Source of the DNA: Escherichia phage ECML-359
DNA length: 64,000 nt
Sequence record: OL631482.1
Direction: 5' to 3' (one strand)
Shown here in pieces: positions 30,568 to 40,101 of this stretch (within the stretch, counting starts at the first letter, position 1; every line of letters starts with the position of its first letter). Below the pieces are notes generated by a model. That model made no database searches, was not told where the DNA came from, and was given only the letters and a program-made list of their open reading frames with translations. The translations under genes were made by a program, and so were the position numbers.

Positions 30568-31031
30568 AATGCATCTCTCAATTGGTTAAGTATGTCAATA
30601 AATTCTTGTTCAGTCAATATTGTATCATGAACAGTAAGGTGGCTCGCCATCGAATGCTTTAAAACTTTGCCTTTTGTGGATTGTAACGCATTGCGGAATC
30701 CTTGGTTCTGGAGCGCTGCTTCAAAATATGCATTTGTATACAGCTCTTTCCATGCTGCAGAGTATCTTGAAAAGGGAATTCCAAGCCAGAAAAGCGTCCC
30801 ACGGTCCGCAGCTCTTGCATAAGCTCTTCCACTTTGCTGGGCGGCCAATCCGGACATCCCAAATATACGTTTTTGTTGTTCATGATTTCTCACCTTGCAC
30901 CCTTGTAGGAAGCCTTCAAGACCTCCAAACTGGATACCCTCCATAACAAAAGGCCATTTAGCAAAGTTACTTAATGCACATGATGGCCATGGGAAATTGC
31001 TTCTGATTTCTAACTCAGACATTTTTGACAC
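30564..31031 (-). CDS. Possible NADAR/YbiA-like domain protein (T4 30.3 position)
   Basis: 155 aa; SNFAKWPF...G.EGFLQGCK resembles the SNF..WP...E..FQ..K core of YbiA/NADAR proteins; family call from memory, unverified. Confidence 0.55.
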   Translation of the reverse strand: MSKMSELEIRSNFPWPSCALSNFAKWPFVMEGIQFGGLEGFLQGCKVRNHEQQKRIFGMSGLAAQQSGRAYARAADRGTLFWLGIPFSRYSAAWKELYTNAYFEAALQNQGFRNALQSTKGKVLKHSMASHLTVHDTILTEQEFIDILNQLRDAL

Positions 31032-31227
31032 TGATAATCTCTACATCAGCCCAATGACCATAACCAGGTAAACGGTCTTTAATAGATAATCCGCCGTCAG
31101 ATTTCAGCATTTTAATTGTTTTAGTATATGGTTCAATATTTCGGGCCCATGGACTTACGTCAGTCACGCGATAAGTAACTTCAACCATTTCTGTTCCCAA
31201 AATTTTCTGAATCAGTTTCTTAAACAT
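31015..31227 (-). CDS. Hypothetical protein
   Basis: 70 aa ORF in the 30.x accessory cluster. Confidence 0.4.
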   Translation of the reverse strand: MFKKLIQKILGTEMVEVTYRVTDVSPWARNIEPYTKTIKMLKSDGGLSIKDRLPGYGHWADVEIISVKNV

Positions 31228-31228
31228 A

Positions 31229-31423
31229 TTATCCTCGCTTTAAACATTTGATTACAGACAACTCACCACCCATGCGAACGTCTTCAGTTCCATCAACCCA
31301 CAAGACTGCATATGCTTCTTTAATTTGGGTATTGCCTAATTTAAACGCAGGCAGGACCTTTGAAATCATTCCAGGAATACCCACACCTTTTAACTGAACA
31401 GTTTGTGATAAGAATAATTTCAT
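31229..31423 (-). CDS. Hypothetical protein
   Basis: 64 aa ORF in the 30.x cluster; adjacent start/stop arrangement. Confidence 0.4.
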   Translation of the reverse strand: MKLFLSQTVQLKGVGIPGMISKVLPAFKLGNTQIKEAYAVLWVDGTEDVRMGGELSVIKCLKRG

Positions 31424-31764
31424 TAGAACCTCATCTGGAAACCGTGTGATTTAACATTACCGCCATTAATATCAGATGAATTAATTTCACGTGCTGCAAT
31501 TGGGGCAATATCAATGTCGCGTCTAAGCTTGGTGATTGCCAGAGTATCGCGTCCATTAACAGTCCGGAATTCTAGTGGGCAAACTACATCAACATAGTTC
31601 TTAATGGAATCACGTGTTGGTTCACACCCAGCAGGAACATTAGGGCCTTTTTTAGAGAAAACAACTTCACAGAAATTTTTACGTGTATCAAAGTAAGTAG
31701 TCATAAACATAGTATTTTCCTCAAGGGGCTTTCGCCCCCATTTAAGATTAGATATCAAATTCAT
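31423..31764 (-). CDS. Hypothetical protein
   Basis: Up to 113 aa; true start may be an internal ATG (MFMTTYFD...). Confidence 0.5.
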   Translation of the reverse strand: MNLISNLKWGRKPLEENTMFMTTYFDTRKNFCEVVFSKKGPNVPAGCEPTRDSIKNYVDVVCPLEFRTVNGRDTLAITKLRRDIDIAPIAAREINSSDINGGNVKSHGFQMRF

Positions 31765-32113
31765 TAAGAACTACATCAAAGATTGCTTCCAGGTGTTCAG
31801 GTTTTGCTTTGTTGCTCAGGATGTGACGAATCCAAGTTTTAACCAGAAGCTTGCGATTAACACCATTCCAGCAAGGATGAGTCCCTAAATCACGTTCACG
31901 GAAATCATCATCTAATGCGATTTTGAATACCGAACCTTCCATCGTGATTGAAAGAGTGATACCATTTTCAAATCGCATATAAACGTAGTTAGGAGTCATA
32001 TATTGTTCAATTTCACACACTGAACCGTTTTGATGTTTCCACAAGCAAATAACTTCAGAAGAACCTGGGATGCAGTTAGAAACATATTTGCGTTCAAAGT
32101 TGATGTAGTTCAT
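31748..32113 (-). CDS. Hypothetical protein
   Basis: 121 aa ORF in the 30.x cluster. Confidence 0.5.
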   Translation of the reverse strand: MNYINFERKYVSNCIPGSSEVICLWKHQNGSVCEIEQYMTPNYVYMRFENGITLSITMEGSVFKIALDDDFRERDLGTHPCWNGVNRKLLVKTWIRHILSNKAKPEHLEAIFDVVLNEFDI

Positions 32114-32184
32114 TTTATTCTCCAGTTGTTTTCATTTGTTGGTACAGGTCTATAATATCATAACCTGTACCAAAGTAAACTGTT

Positions 32185-32553
32185 TTATGCGACTTTAATC
32201 CAATTATCTAAATTTAATTCACCTTTAGCTTTCATTTTTTCAATCAGAAGGTCTGCAGTGGTGCGACCATTTTGATACCATGTAACATCTTCAGAATAAC
32301 CAGTTTCTTCATCTTCATAGGTCTTACAACGAATCTTACCCAAAATCAAAGTTTTCAGTTCGTAGGTATCACCAGTAAAAAAGTTTGTTACCATAATTTT
32401 CCAGGAGAAGTCATCAGAAGGACCTTCAGGAGTCATACAACCAACAAATTCAAACTGTTCTTTATACAAGTGCCATTGCATTTCTTTAGTTTCAATGGCT
32501 TTGTAACCGTCGTGGTCTTTACCTTTGATGTATGAGTTAAGATTGATTTTCAT
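32185..32553 (-). CDS. Hypothetical protein
   Basis: 122 aa; preceded by an early-type promoter with the conserved 23-nt leader. Confidence 0.55.
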   Translation of the reverse strand: MKINLNSYIKGKDHDGYKAIETKEMQWHLYKEQFEFVGCMTPEGPSDDFSWKIMVTNFFTGDTYELKTLILGKIRCKTYEDEETGYSEDVTWYQNGRTTADLLIEKMKAKGELNLDNWIKVA

Positions 32554-32589
32554 TTTATTCTCCAGTGTTTTATTGTGTAACTCAGTATG

Positions 32590-32624
32590 GAATCATTATG
32601 CACTGGGCAAATCCTGTTGTAAAC
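32590..32624 (-). promoter_or_regulatory. Early-type promoter with conserved 23-nt leader, upstream of ORF 32185-32553
   Basis: Minus strand reads GTTTACaacaggatttgcccagtgCATAATGATTCCATACTGAGTTAC. Confidence 0.6.
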
Positions 32625-32633
32625 CCCTTTATG

Positions 32634-32663
32634 GAAAATAAAAAAGGGACTCCGAAGAGTCCC
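32634..32663 (-). terminator. Intrinsic terminator after the small basic ORF
   Basis: Minus strand reads GGGACTC-ttcg-GAGTCCC followed by TTTTTTATTTT. Confidence 0.8.
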
Positions 32664-32668
32664 TGAAC

Positions 32669-32830
32669 TTATGCTTTCGGCTTACCAAAGCAAGCTGCAT
32701 CGGCGCGCAATACCGCACGAGCACGAGCCTGAAGTTTATCAGTCACCTGATTGATTCGCTTGTTGGACGCACGCTTGTAACCAGCGCGTTTGGAGGAGCC
32801 ATCAACAACTTTAACTTCTTTCTTAGCCAT
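32669..32830 (-). CDS. Hypothetical small basic protein (53 aa)
   Basis: Hand-translated MAKKEVKVVDGSSKRAGYKRASNKRINQVTDKLQARARAVLRADAACFGKPKA; weak ribosome-binding site; followed by a strong hairpin and U-tract terminator; coordinates approximate. Confidence 0.35.
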   Translation of the reverse strand: MAKKEVKVVDGSSKRAGYKRASNKRINQVTDKLQARARAVLRADAACFGKPKA

Positions 32831-33227
32831 ATTAAATTCTCTTTAAAATAGAAGCAGGACTTATTGGCATTGCCTGCGCAAGCCCTCGAAGGGAACATTA
32901 GGTTTCGGATATTTAACGACAGGATAACCATAAACCTCGTCATCATACCTTATAGCTCTTATCTGTTGCACACCGTTAGCTTAAAGGTTCCGGGTTCGAT
33001 TTCTCGAGGATAAGATATATACTGATGGATATATAGGCCTTGAGGCGTACTCCCGATTGGCCATCACCTCGGGGTAGCATGCACTTGCCGCTATAAGAAT
33101 AACATTCAAGAGGTACACCGTAAAACTGCCGGGGTCTTAAAACTATAATGATTCGCAAATCATTAATCAGACGGTTCGACGGCTCCTCGATTTTCTAGCC
33201 GCACTAAGGTAGCGAATCACCTACAGC

Positions 33228-33482
33228 TTACTTCAGGGTTACGACAAAATGGCGAACAGCTTTACGGGCAGCAGATGCCAGCGGCTTAGCAAATTTCAGT
33301 TCATCTTTTGCTTCGAGCACTGCGCGAAGGTCGGTTTGAACCGGGTTAAGATGTTTGAAATACTGCAGAATTTCCAGTGCTTCGGCTTCAACATCAATAG
33401 ATGCGCCGTAGTTTTCGTGACCGTTATTCCATGCAGTGCGTTGCAGTTCGAGAGCGTGTTGTAATTGTTTGTTTAAAGACAT
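33228..33482 (-). CDS. rIII: rIII lysis-inhibition accessory protein
   Basis: About 84 aa from the internal ATG (MSLNKQLQHALELQRTAWNNGHENYGASIDVEAEALEILQYFKHLNP...), matching T4 rIII as recalled. Confidence 0.85.
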   Translation of the reverse strand: MSLNKQLQHALELQRTAWNNGHENYGASIDVEAEALEILQYFKHLNPVQTDLRAVLEAKDELKFAKPLASAARKAVRHFVVTLK

Positions 33483-33636
33483 TTTAGAAGCCTCAATATG
33501 AGGTGAATATTTGGTGGACACGTTCTTCTGAATTTCACTTCCTTTCGGCAAGTCTCTCAGTTGTAGTCCACCGTTTAGGATTAGCTAACCCCATACACCA
33601 GCAAAGCTCTGTATGACATCAACCAATCCATATTAT

Positions 33637-33644
33637 TATTTATA
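33637..33644 (-). promoter_or_regulatory. Candidate late promoter (TATAAATA on minus strand) upstream of rIII
   Basis: TATAAATA on the minus strand just downstream of the gene 31 stop, about 150 nt upstream of the rIII ATG. Confidence 0.5.
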
Positions 33645-33653
33645 ACGCTAATT

Positions 33654-34001
33654 TTACTTATAAAGACAAGGAACAGCTTTATAATGACAGGTCACAAATT
33701 TCTGCTTAACTTCTTTAGCCTGCTTAAGTCCCAGTGCAACCAGAGGATGTGGAACGTTTGCAATCTTGCCAACCGGAAGAGGAGTCAAATCACCTACTTC
33801 GCAGAATCCTTCAGGAACATCCGGACCAACCGAAAATACTTCACACATCTCCGGGATTTCACCCTGATGGAGTTTTCCGATAACGATACCTGATGCCGTA
33901 GTTTCTTCATCACCAGCTTGCTTTGGCTCAGAAACCAAAATAATATATTCACCTACTGCTTTAATTGGTAATTCCATATTTAATCCATGTTGTTTGGTCA
34001 T
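33654..34001 (-). CDS. 31: Co-chaperonin gp31 (GroES analogue)
   Basis: 115 aa; [18 protein letters not shown]...[16 protein letters not shown]...[15 protein letters not shown] matches T4 gp31. Confidence 0.95.
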   Translation of the reverse strand: MTKQHGLNMELPIKAVGEYIILVSEPKQAGDEETTASGIVIGKLHQGEIPEMCEVFSVGPDVPEGFCEVGDLTPLPVGKIANVPHPLVALGLKQAKEVKQKFVTCHYKAVPCLYK

Positions 34002-34032
34002 GTATTAATAATAACATGCATTGTTTGAAGCA

Positions 34033-34332
34033 TTAAAGGACTAGCAAAGTCTCGGTCTGCAGTCCATTCACGGAAATCAATTTATTGAAACAGAATGAAC
34101 GCCATTCATTAAGCTTGGTATCAAATACCCGGATATAGCTAACTGGTTCTTTATTGACTTCTGGTCCAGGGGCCTGGATTTCTTTATACGGAAGCAGGTC
34201 CAGGTCGCGAGTACAAGTCATACGACGGATGCTACCATCTGCTTTTTCAAACAGAACTTCATGAAAGCCGACAGACAAGATAGTCTTGACTTTTTCGCGA
34301 AGGCGAATTGTTTCTTGTTCAGTTAAAATCAT
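34033..34332 (-). CDS. Hypothetical protein (T4 31.1 position)
   Basis: 99 aa ORF. Confidence 0.5.
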   Translation of the reverse strand: MILTEQETIRLREKVKTILSVGFHEVLFEKADGSIRRMTCTRDLDLLPYKEIQAPGPEVNKEPVSYIRVFDTKLNEWRSFCFNKLISVNGLQTETLLVL

Positions 34333-34334
34333 AA

Positions 34335-34568
34335 TTATTCCAAAACAGTTTTAATAGTGGTTGCATTACGCTCTTTTAGAGCACTCAGCAGGGATTTACA
34401 TTTTTCAAAAACCGGGTCCGTTTTATACCGGATGCTTTCGTCAATCCATTCGGATTTATAGTAAGACTTCCAGCGAGAGAAGAAATACTTTTTGTATTCC
34501 ACCGAAAAAGAGATTATACCCGTCCCCCGAGGACTAAGGCTGGTTATTTTAACCATACGAAATTTCAT
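34335..34568 (-). CDS. Hypothetical protein (T4 31.2 position)
   Basis: 77 aa ORF; adjacent to the cd stop. Confidence 0.5.
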   Translation of the reverse strand: MKFRMVKITSLSPRGTGIISFSVEYKKYFFSRWKSYYKSEWIDESIRYKTDPVFEKCKSLLSALKERNATTIKTVLE

Positions 34569-35149
34569 TATTCACCACAAAATTCGTTAATGTTTTCCCA
34601 GTTCAATTTGTCTAGACTACGCTTAGGCACATTGAACACCTCAATTCCCGCGTTCTTCAGGATATCATCCCAACCAGGAATATTCTTATCATACGTTTCA
34701 CAGTAAACCAATTTCTTGATTCCTGATTGAGAAATTGCCTTTGCACAGTCAGGACAAGGGGAAAGCGTCACATACATAGTAGCGCCTTCAATTGACGAAC
34801 CCATCCTTGCTGCAAACAGAATTGCATTAAGCTCAGCATGGATTTCGTTGTTCTTTGACCAGGCAGAATGGGCTTCGCGATGGGCTTTCGCCAATACAAA
34901 ACGGTCAACATTACTGAATCTCACACATTCTGGCTTGTGACCGGGGACGAGAACGGGTTTAGGTTTATTCAGTAACCAACCTTGCTCTTCCGCATGCTCG
35001 CAACAGTTGACCCCACCTGCAGGGGAACCATTATACCCTGTAGAAATAATGCGCCCATTCTTTTCAATAACAGCTCCCACTTTCCAGGAGCAACATTTGG
35101 ATTCTTGAGATACAAGGTATGCGATTTGCAGAACAGTAGTTGGTTTCAT
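34568..35149 (-). CDS. cd: dCMP deaminase
   Basis: 193 aa; cytidine/deoxycytidylate deaminase zinc motifs (CAE...PCxxC: VNCCEHAE, LSPCPDCA). Confidence 0.9.
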   Translation of the reverse strand: MKPTTVLQIAYLVSQESKCCSWKVGAVIEKNGRIISTGYNGSPAGGVNCCEHAEEQGWLLNKPKPVLVPGHKPECVRFSNVDRFVLAKAHREAHSAWSKNNEIHAELNAILFAARMGSSIEGATMYVTLSPCPDCAKAISQSGIKKLVYCETYDKNIPGWDDILKNAGIEVFNVPKRSLDKLNWENINEFCGE

Positions 35150-35485
35150 TTACATCACCACGAGATAATTGGTTTTAATAGTTTCAACACGATATAATTC
35201 ATGTCGCAATTTAGTAATGCTCTTAACATGTGTTGTAATTATACTATCACCGTCGCTGAAGCGTTTTTTCTTATCGTCAAAAATCACCCCAAACATTCGC
35301 TCACCAATTTCTACAGGAGCTTCTGTGATAACAACCGCATCATAATTACTTGGGTGAATACTTTTAAACAGAGCATCATTCGCAAGCGTTACTTTGATAA
35401 ATGCAGTTGTTTCTGGGTCCAACTTACGATGGTCACCTAAATCATTTTTAAGTGATTCTTTGAAAATATCCATTAAATTCATCAT
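35150..35485 (-). CDS. Hypothetical protein (cd.x cluster)
   Basis: 111 aa ORF. Confidence 0.5.
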   Translation of the reverse strand: MMNLMDIFKESLKNDLGDHRKLDPETTAFIKVTLANDALFKSIHPSNYDAVVITEAPVEIGERMFGVIFDDKKKRFSDGDSIITTHVKSITKLRHELYRVETIKTNYLVVM

Positions 35486-35727
35486 TGAATATACACTCGC
35501 TGCGCTTCAACCAGACCATCAGAACCCAATTTTAGTTGGGTCAACTGGTCACCACCTTTTAGAGTAATTTTAGGATTAATGACAATCATAAAACTGCGTG
35601 CAGATTCCTGAATAACTTGCAAAGTCGCGGCAGGGAATCGCTGTGATACGCGGTTAATCATCTCTTGAGCAAATGCCTTCACTTTTTCGTGAAACTCTTC
35701 AACAGTAATTGGGGTTTCGCTAAGCAT
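35482..35727 (-). CDS. Hypothetical protein (cd.x cluster)
   Basis: 81 aa ORF; 4-nt overlaps on both sides. Confidence 0.5.
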   Translation of the reverse strand: MLSETPITVEEFHEKVKAFAQEMINRVSQRFPAATLQVIQESARSFMIVINPKITLKGGDQLTQLKLGSDGLVEAQRVYIQ

Positions 35728-36269
35728 CAGATTGTCTCCTGTTTAACTTGTTTAACGATAGAAACTTTTGCGATATCGCCTTTGATAATATAGCAATCTT
35801 CTGCAGTACCACGGTTTAACAGACGCTCGGCTTCGCCTTCCGCATATTCTTTTGACACATGACGAGAGTTAATCTCAATCTTGCCATTTTTAACCACAAG
35901 CAATTTCCAAACTGATGCAAGTTTTACTGGCACAGGTTCAACTTCTGGCTTAACACCAACTTCCGCCTGGATGAAATAATCAAATTCATCTGACAATGGA
36001 CCAGCGGAAACAAACATTGCTCCACGATGCCTATTCTGTGCGCCAGATATTTTTGCCAAATCCACAAAATCATTTTCATCAATCAAACGAATCTCACAAA
36101 CTTTTTTACCGCCGCTAACAGTATCAGGTAAAATCTTAACTTCAAACGGAGTCATACCGATGTATCCAGCAATTTGGTAATTAGCTGCCCAACCACCGGA
36201 GACAAATTGTTTTTTGGCATTTTCAGATACAAATTTGTAAAACTTACCTTCTTCAAAGAAATTACTCAT
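35727..36269 (-). CDS. Hypothetical protein, 180 aa (cd.x cluster)
   Basis: GAGGAAAACAAA ribosome-binding site and early-type promoter upstream. Confidence 0.55.
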   Translation of the reverse strand: MSNFFEEGKFYKFVSENAKKQFVSGGWAANYQIAGYIGMTPFEVKILPDTVSGGKKVCEIRLIDENDFVDLAKISGAQNRHRGAMFVSAGPLSDEFDYFIQAEVGVKPEVEPVPVKLASVWKLLVVKNGKIEINSRHVSKEYAEGEAERLLNRGTAEDCYIIKGDIAKVSIVKQVKQETI

Positions 36270-36329
36270 TTTGTTTTCCTCATGTGTCGATGAAATTCAT
36301 TATACACCATCCGTGGTGAAAGTAAACAC

Positions 36330-36608
36330 TTAAATTGCTTCTGCAATTGCAGTTTGATTCTGGAAGTCAACCTTGCACGAAACGGTCAAAGTGGCTCCAT
36401 CAATTTTAAACGGAACAATTGCGAATGCTGCACCAGACGTGAGTTTGACAGTGATTGCATCAACTGCATCCGGGAACATGATTTCCAGAATAGCAGACAA
36501 ACGACCGTGCACCTTTAGTTCAGTCGACACGTCGACGCTTTCGTATAGATAATCAGATACAATCTGACTAAAAACTACTTTAACAATTTCAGAATACGTA
36601 GGAAACAT
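36330..36608 (-). CDS. Hypothetical protein (cd.x cluster)
   Basis: 92 aa; middle-promoter-like cassette upstream. Confidence 0.5.
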   Translation of the reverse strand: MFPTYSEIVKVVFSQIVSDYLYESVDVSTELKVHGRLSAILEIMFPDAVDAITVKLTSGAAFAIVPFKIDGATLTVSCKVDFQNQTAIAEAI

Positions 36609-36654
36609 TTCTTTTCTCGCTTAGTTATTGGGGTTATCCAAAGGACCTAGACCC

Positions 36655-36681
36655 ATTATAACATAAAATTTTTAAAGCGTT
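36655..36681 (-). promoter_or_regulatory. Middle-type promoter cassette upstream of ORF 36330-36608
   Basis: Minus strand reads CGCTTTAaaaattttatgtTATAATGGGTCTAGGTCC; variant of the rnlB/uvsY cassette. Confidence 0.5.
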
Positions 36682-36895
36682 AATGGACGGTATGCACCTT
36701 GACATTAACGATGAATCGGTCAATGACTTCAGTCAGCGGAACGAATTCAACATAATATTCGCCCTTGTATCGTTCGTTGATATCATTACGCAGTGCAGCC
36801 AGGTTGTTGATAAGAGCAGGAGACATATTCTGCCCTACCAGTTTCTGAAGCTCTTTATAAGCTTCTTCTTCAACTTCATGGTGTTTGTTATACAT
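36680..36895 (-). CDS. Hypothetical protein (cd.x cluster)
   Basis: About 71 aa from the internal ATG (MYNKHHEVEEE...); overlaps the stop of the upstream ORF. Confidence 0.45.
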   Translation of the reverse strand: MYNKHHEVEEEAYKELQKLVGQNMSPALINNLAALRNDINERYKGEYYVEFVPLTEVIDRFIVNVKVHTVH

Positions 36896-37084
36896 AATGT
36901 TCTTCCAAGAAGGCCAAGAGTTCTGGAGCGGATTTAAAGATACCGCCATCAACCTTGTCTTCATCTTTATAGTCCATTACATCCAGGCCAATACGTCCAT
37001 CGGTTAAAGGCCACACGCCGAAGAAAAAGCATTTACGTTTTTCAATTTCTTCGATTGTACGAAAAATCTTTTCGATATTATTCA

Positions 37085-37085
<1 letters not shown>
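36888..37085 (-). CDS. Hypothetical protein (cd.x cluster)
   Basis: 65 aa ORF directly downstream of pseT. Confidence 0.45.
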
Positions 37086-38303
<1,218 letters not shown>

Positions 38304-38307
<4 letters not shown>

Positions 38308-38822
38308 ACACCAAGCTCCTTATAAAGTTCTTCGCGGCAGGTTTTAAGGATTTTACCAGTTTCATAAGCTGCACTTTCAGAAACATCACCAAGTGCAGCG
38401 GCAGATTGCATTTGACCATGGCGTTTAGCTGCATATTCAAAACTTTTTACTAGCTCACGAATACGTTCTTTTTCATTGTACTCTTCAATGAATTCAGGGT
38501 ATTCCCAAACTGGGCGCATCATACGATACCACTGTTGGATGGTAATATAATTACTTCCATCCAGATTAATAATTTGCGAAGGCTTAATAGCGCCCGGGGC
38601 ATAAAAAGTTACCTGTCTTACTACATCAATACCGTCCACAATAGCCCAAGCAAAATCGAAAGTTGCCTTCTTTTCAATTGGTGTACTTGCACAGGACCCT
38701 AATTTTAAGAGCTTTTGTAATGCAGGGGATTTAACACCTGAAATGTATTCAGGATTAGCTACAAAAGAATTGTCACGTAAAGTCATAGTCATTTCCTCAA
38801 ATTTTATAATCCGTAGGAGCAT
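38304..38822 (-). CDS. Hypothetical protein (pseT.x position)
   Basis: Up to 172 aa; real start probably at an internal ATG about 10-12 codons in, after a GAGGAA ribosome-binding site. Confidence 0.5.
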
Positions 38823-38953
38823 TATACTCTGCTCCCATGAGTTTGTACACTACTTTCCAAAAAGACCTTGAACACATAAAGTGGCCGCAATTCCAAAACA
38901 AAAACAGAATGCACCAAATCTAACAATATCCCAACCAAGGCTACAGGTCTCTA

Positions 38954-39244
38954 TCATTTGCAACGTTCCTCTTTTAGTTCAGAACGATAATAACATAACA
39001 TACCTTTTTGGTCACGTACATATCTTTTTACATCATTCATCCAAATCCTGAATTCTTGCGATGCTTCAAAAGGCATACCAACCCAGGCTTGGCCCTCAAT
39101 TACCTTCACTTCCCATTGCTGTTTGTAATCAGCCAATGCAACAGGCCAATTAGGATGAACTTGGATTGTGGGCTCCACAACGGGCTTCTGGGCACATGAA
39201 ACGAGTCCAATAGCCAAACATACTGCCATGATAGATTTCATCAT
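38954..39244 (-). CDS. Outer-membrane spanin (o-spanin lipoprotein)
   Basis: 96 aa; signal peptide with lipobox LVSC; immediately downstream of the i-spanin; corresponds to the T4 pseT.2 position. Confidence 0.75.
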   Translation of the reverse strand: MMKSIMAVCLAIGLVSCAQKPVVEPTIQVHPNWPVALADYKQQWEVKVIEGQAWVGMPFEASQEFRIWMNDVKRYVRDQKGMLCYYRSELKEERCK

Positions 39245-39594
39245 TTGGTGAGCTCCTGGAAGTCCTGGGCGAACTTATCAAAAGACTGATTAATCTGTTT
39301 TTCAACTAATTTAGGCTTCGCTGCCACAACCTTAGTACGTTTTGCATCTGCACGAAGTTTATCATTTTCCTTCTGTAAGTGTTCAACATATTCCTGGCGC
39401 TGTTGGTCAAGGAGATTAATTTGATTAACCTGGTCTTTTATTGATTGCAGATTTTTCGCATTATCTTCTGCGACTTTGGTGACTTCCGCCACCGCTGTCT
39501 TGAGATTATCCACTTTTGCTTTTAGATAGAAACCACTACCAGCAGTTACTACCAGGGCGAGCATAAGCCCTGCAGTGAGATTACTTATTTGCAT
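39241..39594 (-). CDS. Inner-membrane spanin (i-spanin)
   Basis: 117 aa; N-terminal transmembrane helix then coiled-coil-like periplasmic domain; corresponds to the T4 pseT.3 position. Confidence 0.75.
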   Translation of the reverse strand: MQISNLTAGLMLALVVTAGSGFYLKAKVDNLKTAVAEVTKVAEDNAKNLQSIKDQVNQINLLDQQRQEYVEHLQKENDKLRADAKRTKVVAAKPKLVEKQINQSFDKFAQDFQELTK

Positions 39595-40085
39595 AACTTG
39601 ATGATTACCTCAACAATATCATCCTGGGATAAACCATTCAGGAGGATGTGATTTGTACTGTCAGATGCTGAAATGCGGAACTGATTACCAACTTCATCCG
39701 CCATATCATCCTGGGTTAACACTGGGTGTTTAATTCCCAGGCGGTGTTGAAGTGTCAGGGGTTCAACCACAACATAACAAACACATCCATTGATATGCAC
39801 ATTAGGTTGGGTCTGATTGATGAACACTTCTGCATCATATTTAACCAAATGGTTCTTTAAGAAGTCAACCATTTCAGGAACAGATTCATGCAGTGCTTCT
39901 TTCCGCTCTTCTGATTTTTTATCGCGGTATTCTTTTTGTTTCGCTTTCAACTTTTTATTGGAGGCGAGTTTTTTCCGCAAGTCAGTCATGAGACCAATTT
40001 TCTTGGTCCCTTTATAGACATAAATTCCGTCATGACGGTCACCATATTCATTGACAATCATTTCATTTGAAATCAGTTGCATATC
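39585..40085 (-). CDS. alc: Alc-like protein (assigned by position and size)
   Basis: About 166 aa from the internal ATG (MDMQLISNE...), which has a GAGG ribosome-binding site; sits between the i-spanin and rnlA like T4 alc; identity not verifiable from memory. Confidence 0.55.
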   Translation of the reverse strand, partial: DMQLISNEMIVNEYGDRHDGIYVYKGTKKIGLMTDLRKKLASNKKLKAKQKEYRDKKSEERKEALHESVPEMVDFLKNHLVKYDAEVFINQTQPNVHINGCVCYVVVEPLTLQHRLGIKHPVLTQDDMADEVGNQFRISASDSTNHILLNGLSQDDIVEVIIKLCK

Positions 40086-40101
40086 CATAATATTTTCCTC
40101 A

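Noticed and set aside
32980-33010. GGTTCGATT motif that looked like a tRNA T-loop
   Set aside because: Flanking bases cannot form a T-stem or acceptor stem on either strand; no cloverleaf could be built by hand
32976-33158. 60-codon minus-strand ORF inside the GC-rich island (and overlapping ORF 32743-32946)
   Set aside because: No ribosome-binding site, implausible composition, and 32743-32946 overlaps the better-supported small basic ORF in another frame
33249-33464. Plus-strand 71-aa ORF
   Set aside because: Lies entirely within rIII on the opposite strand; spurious
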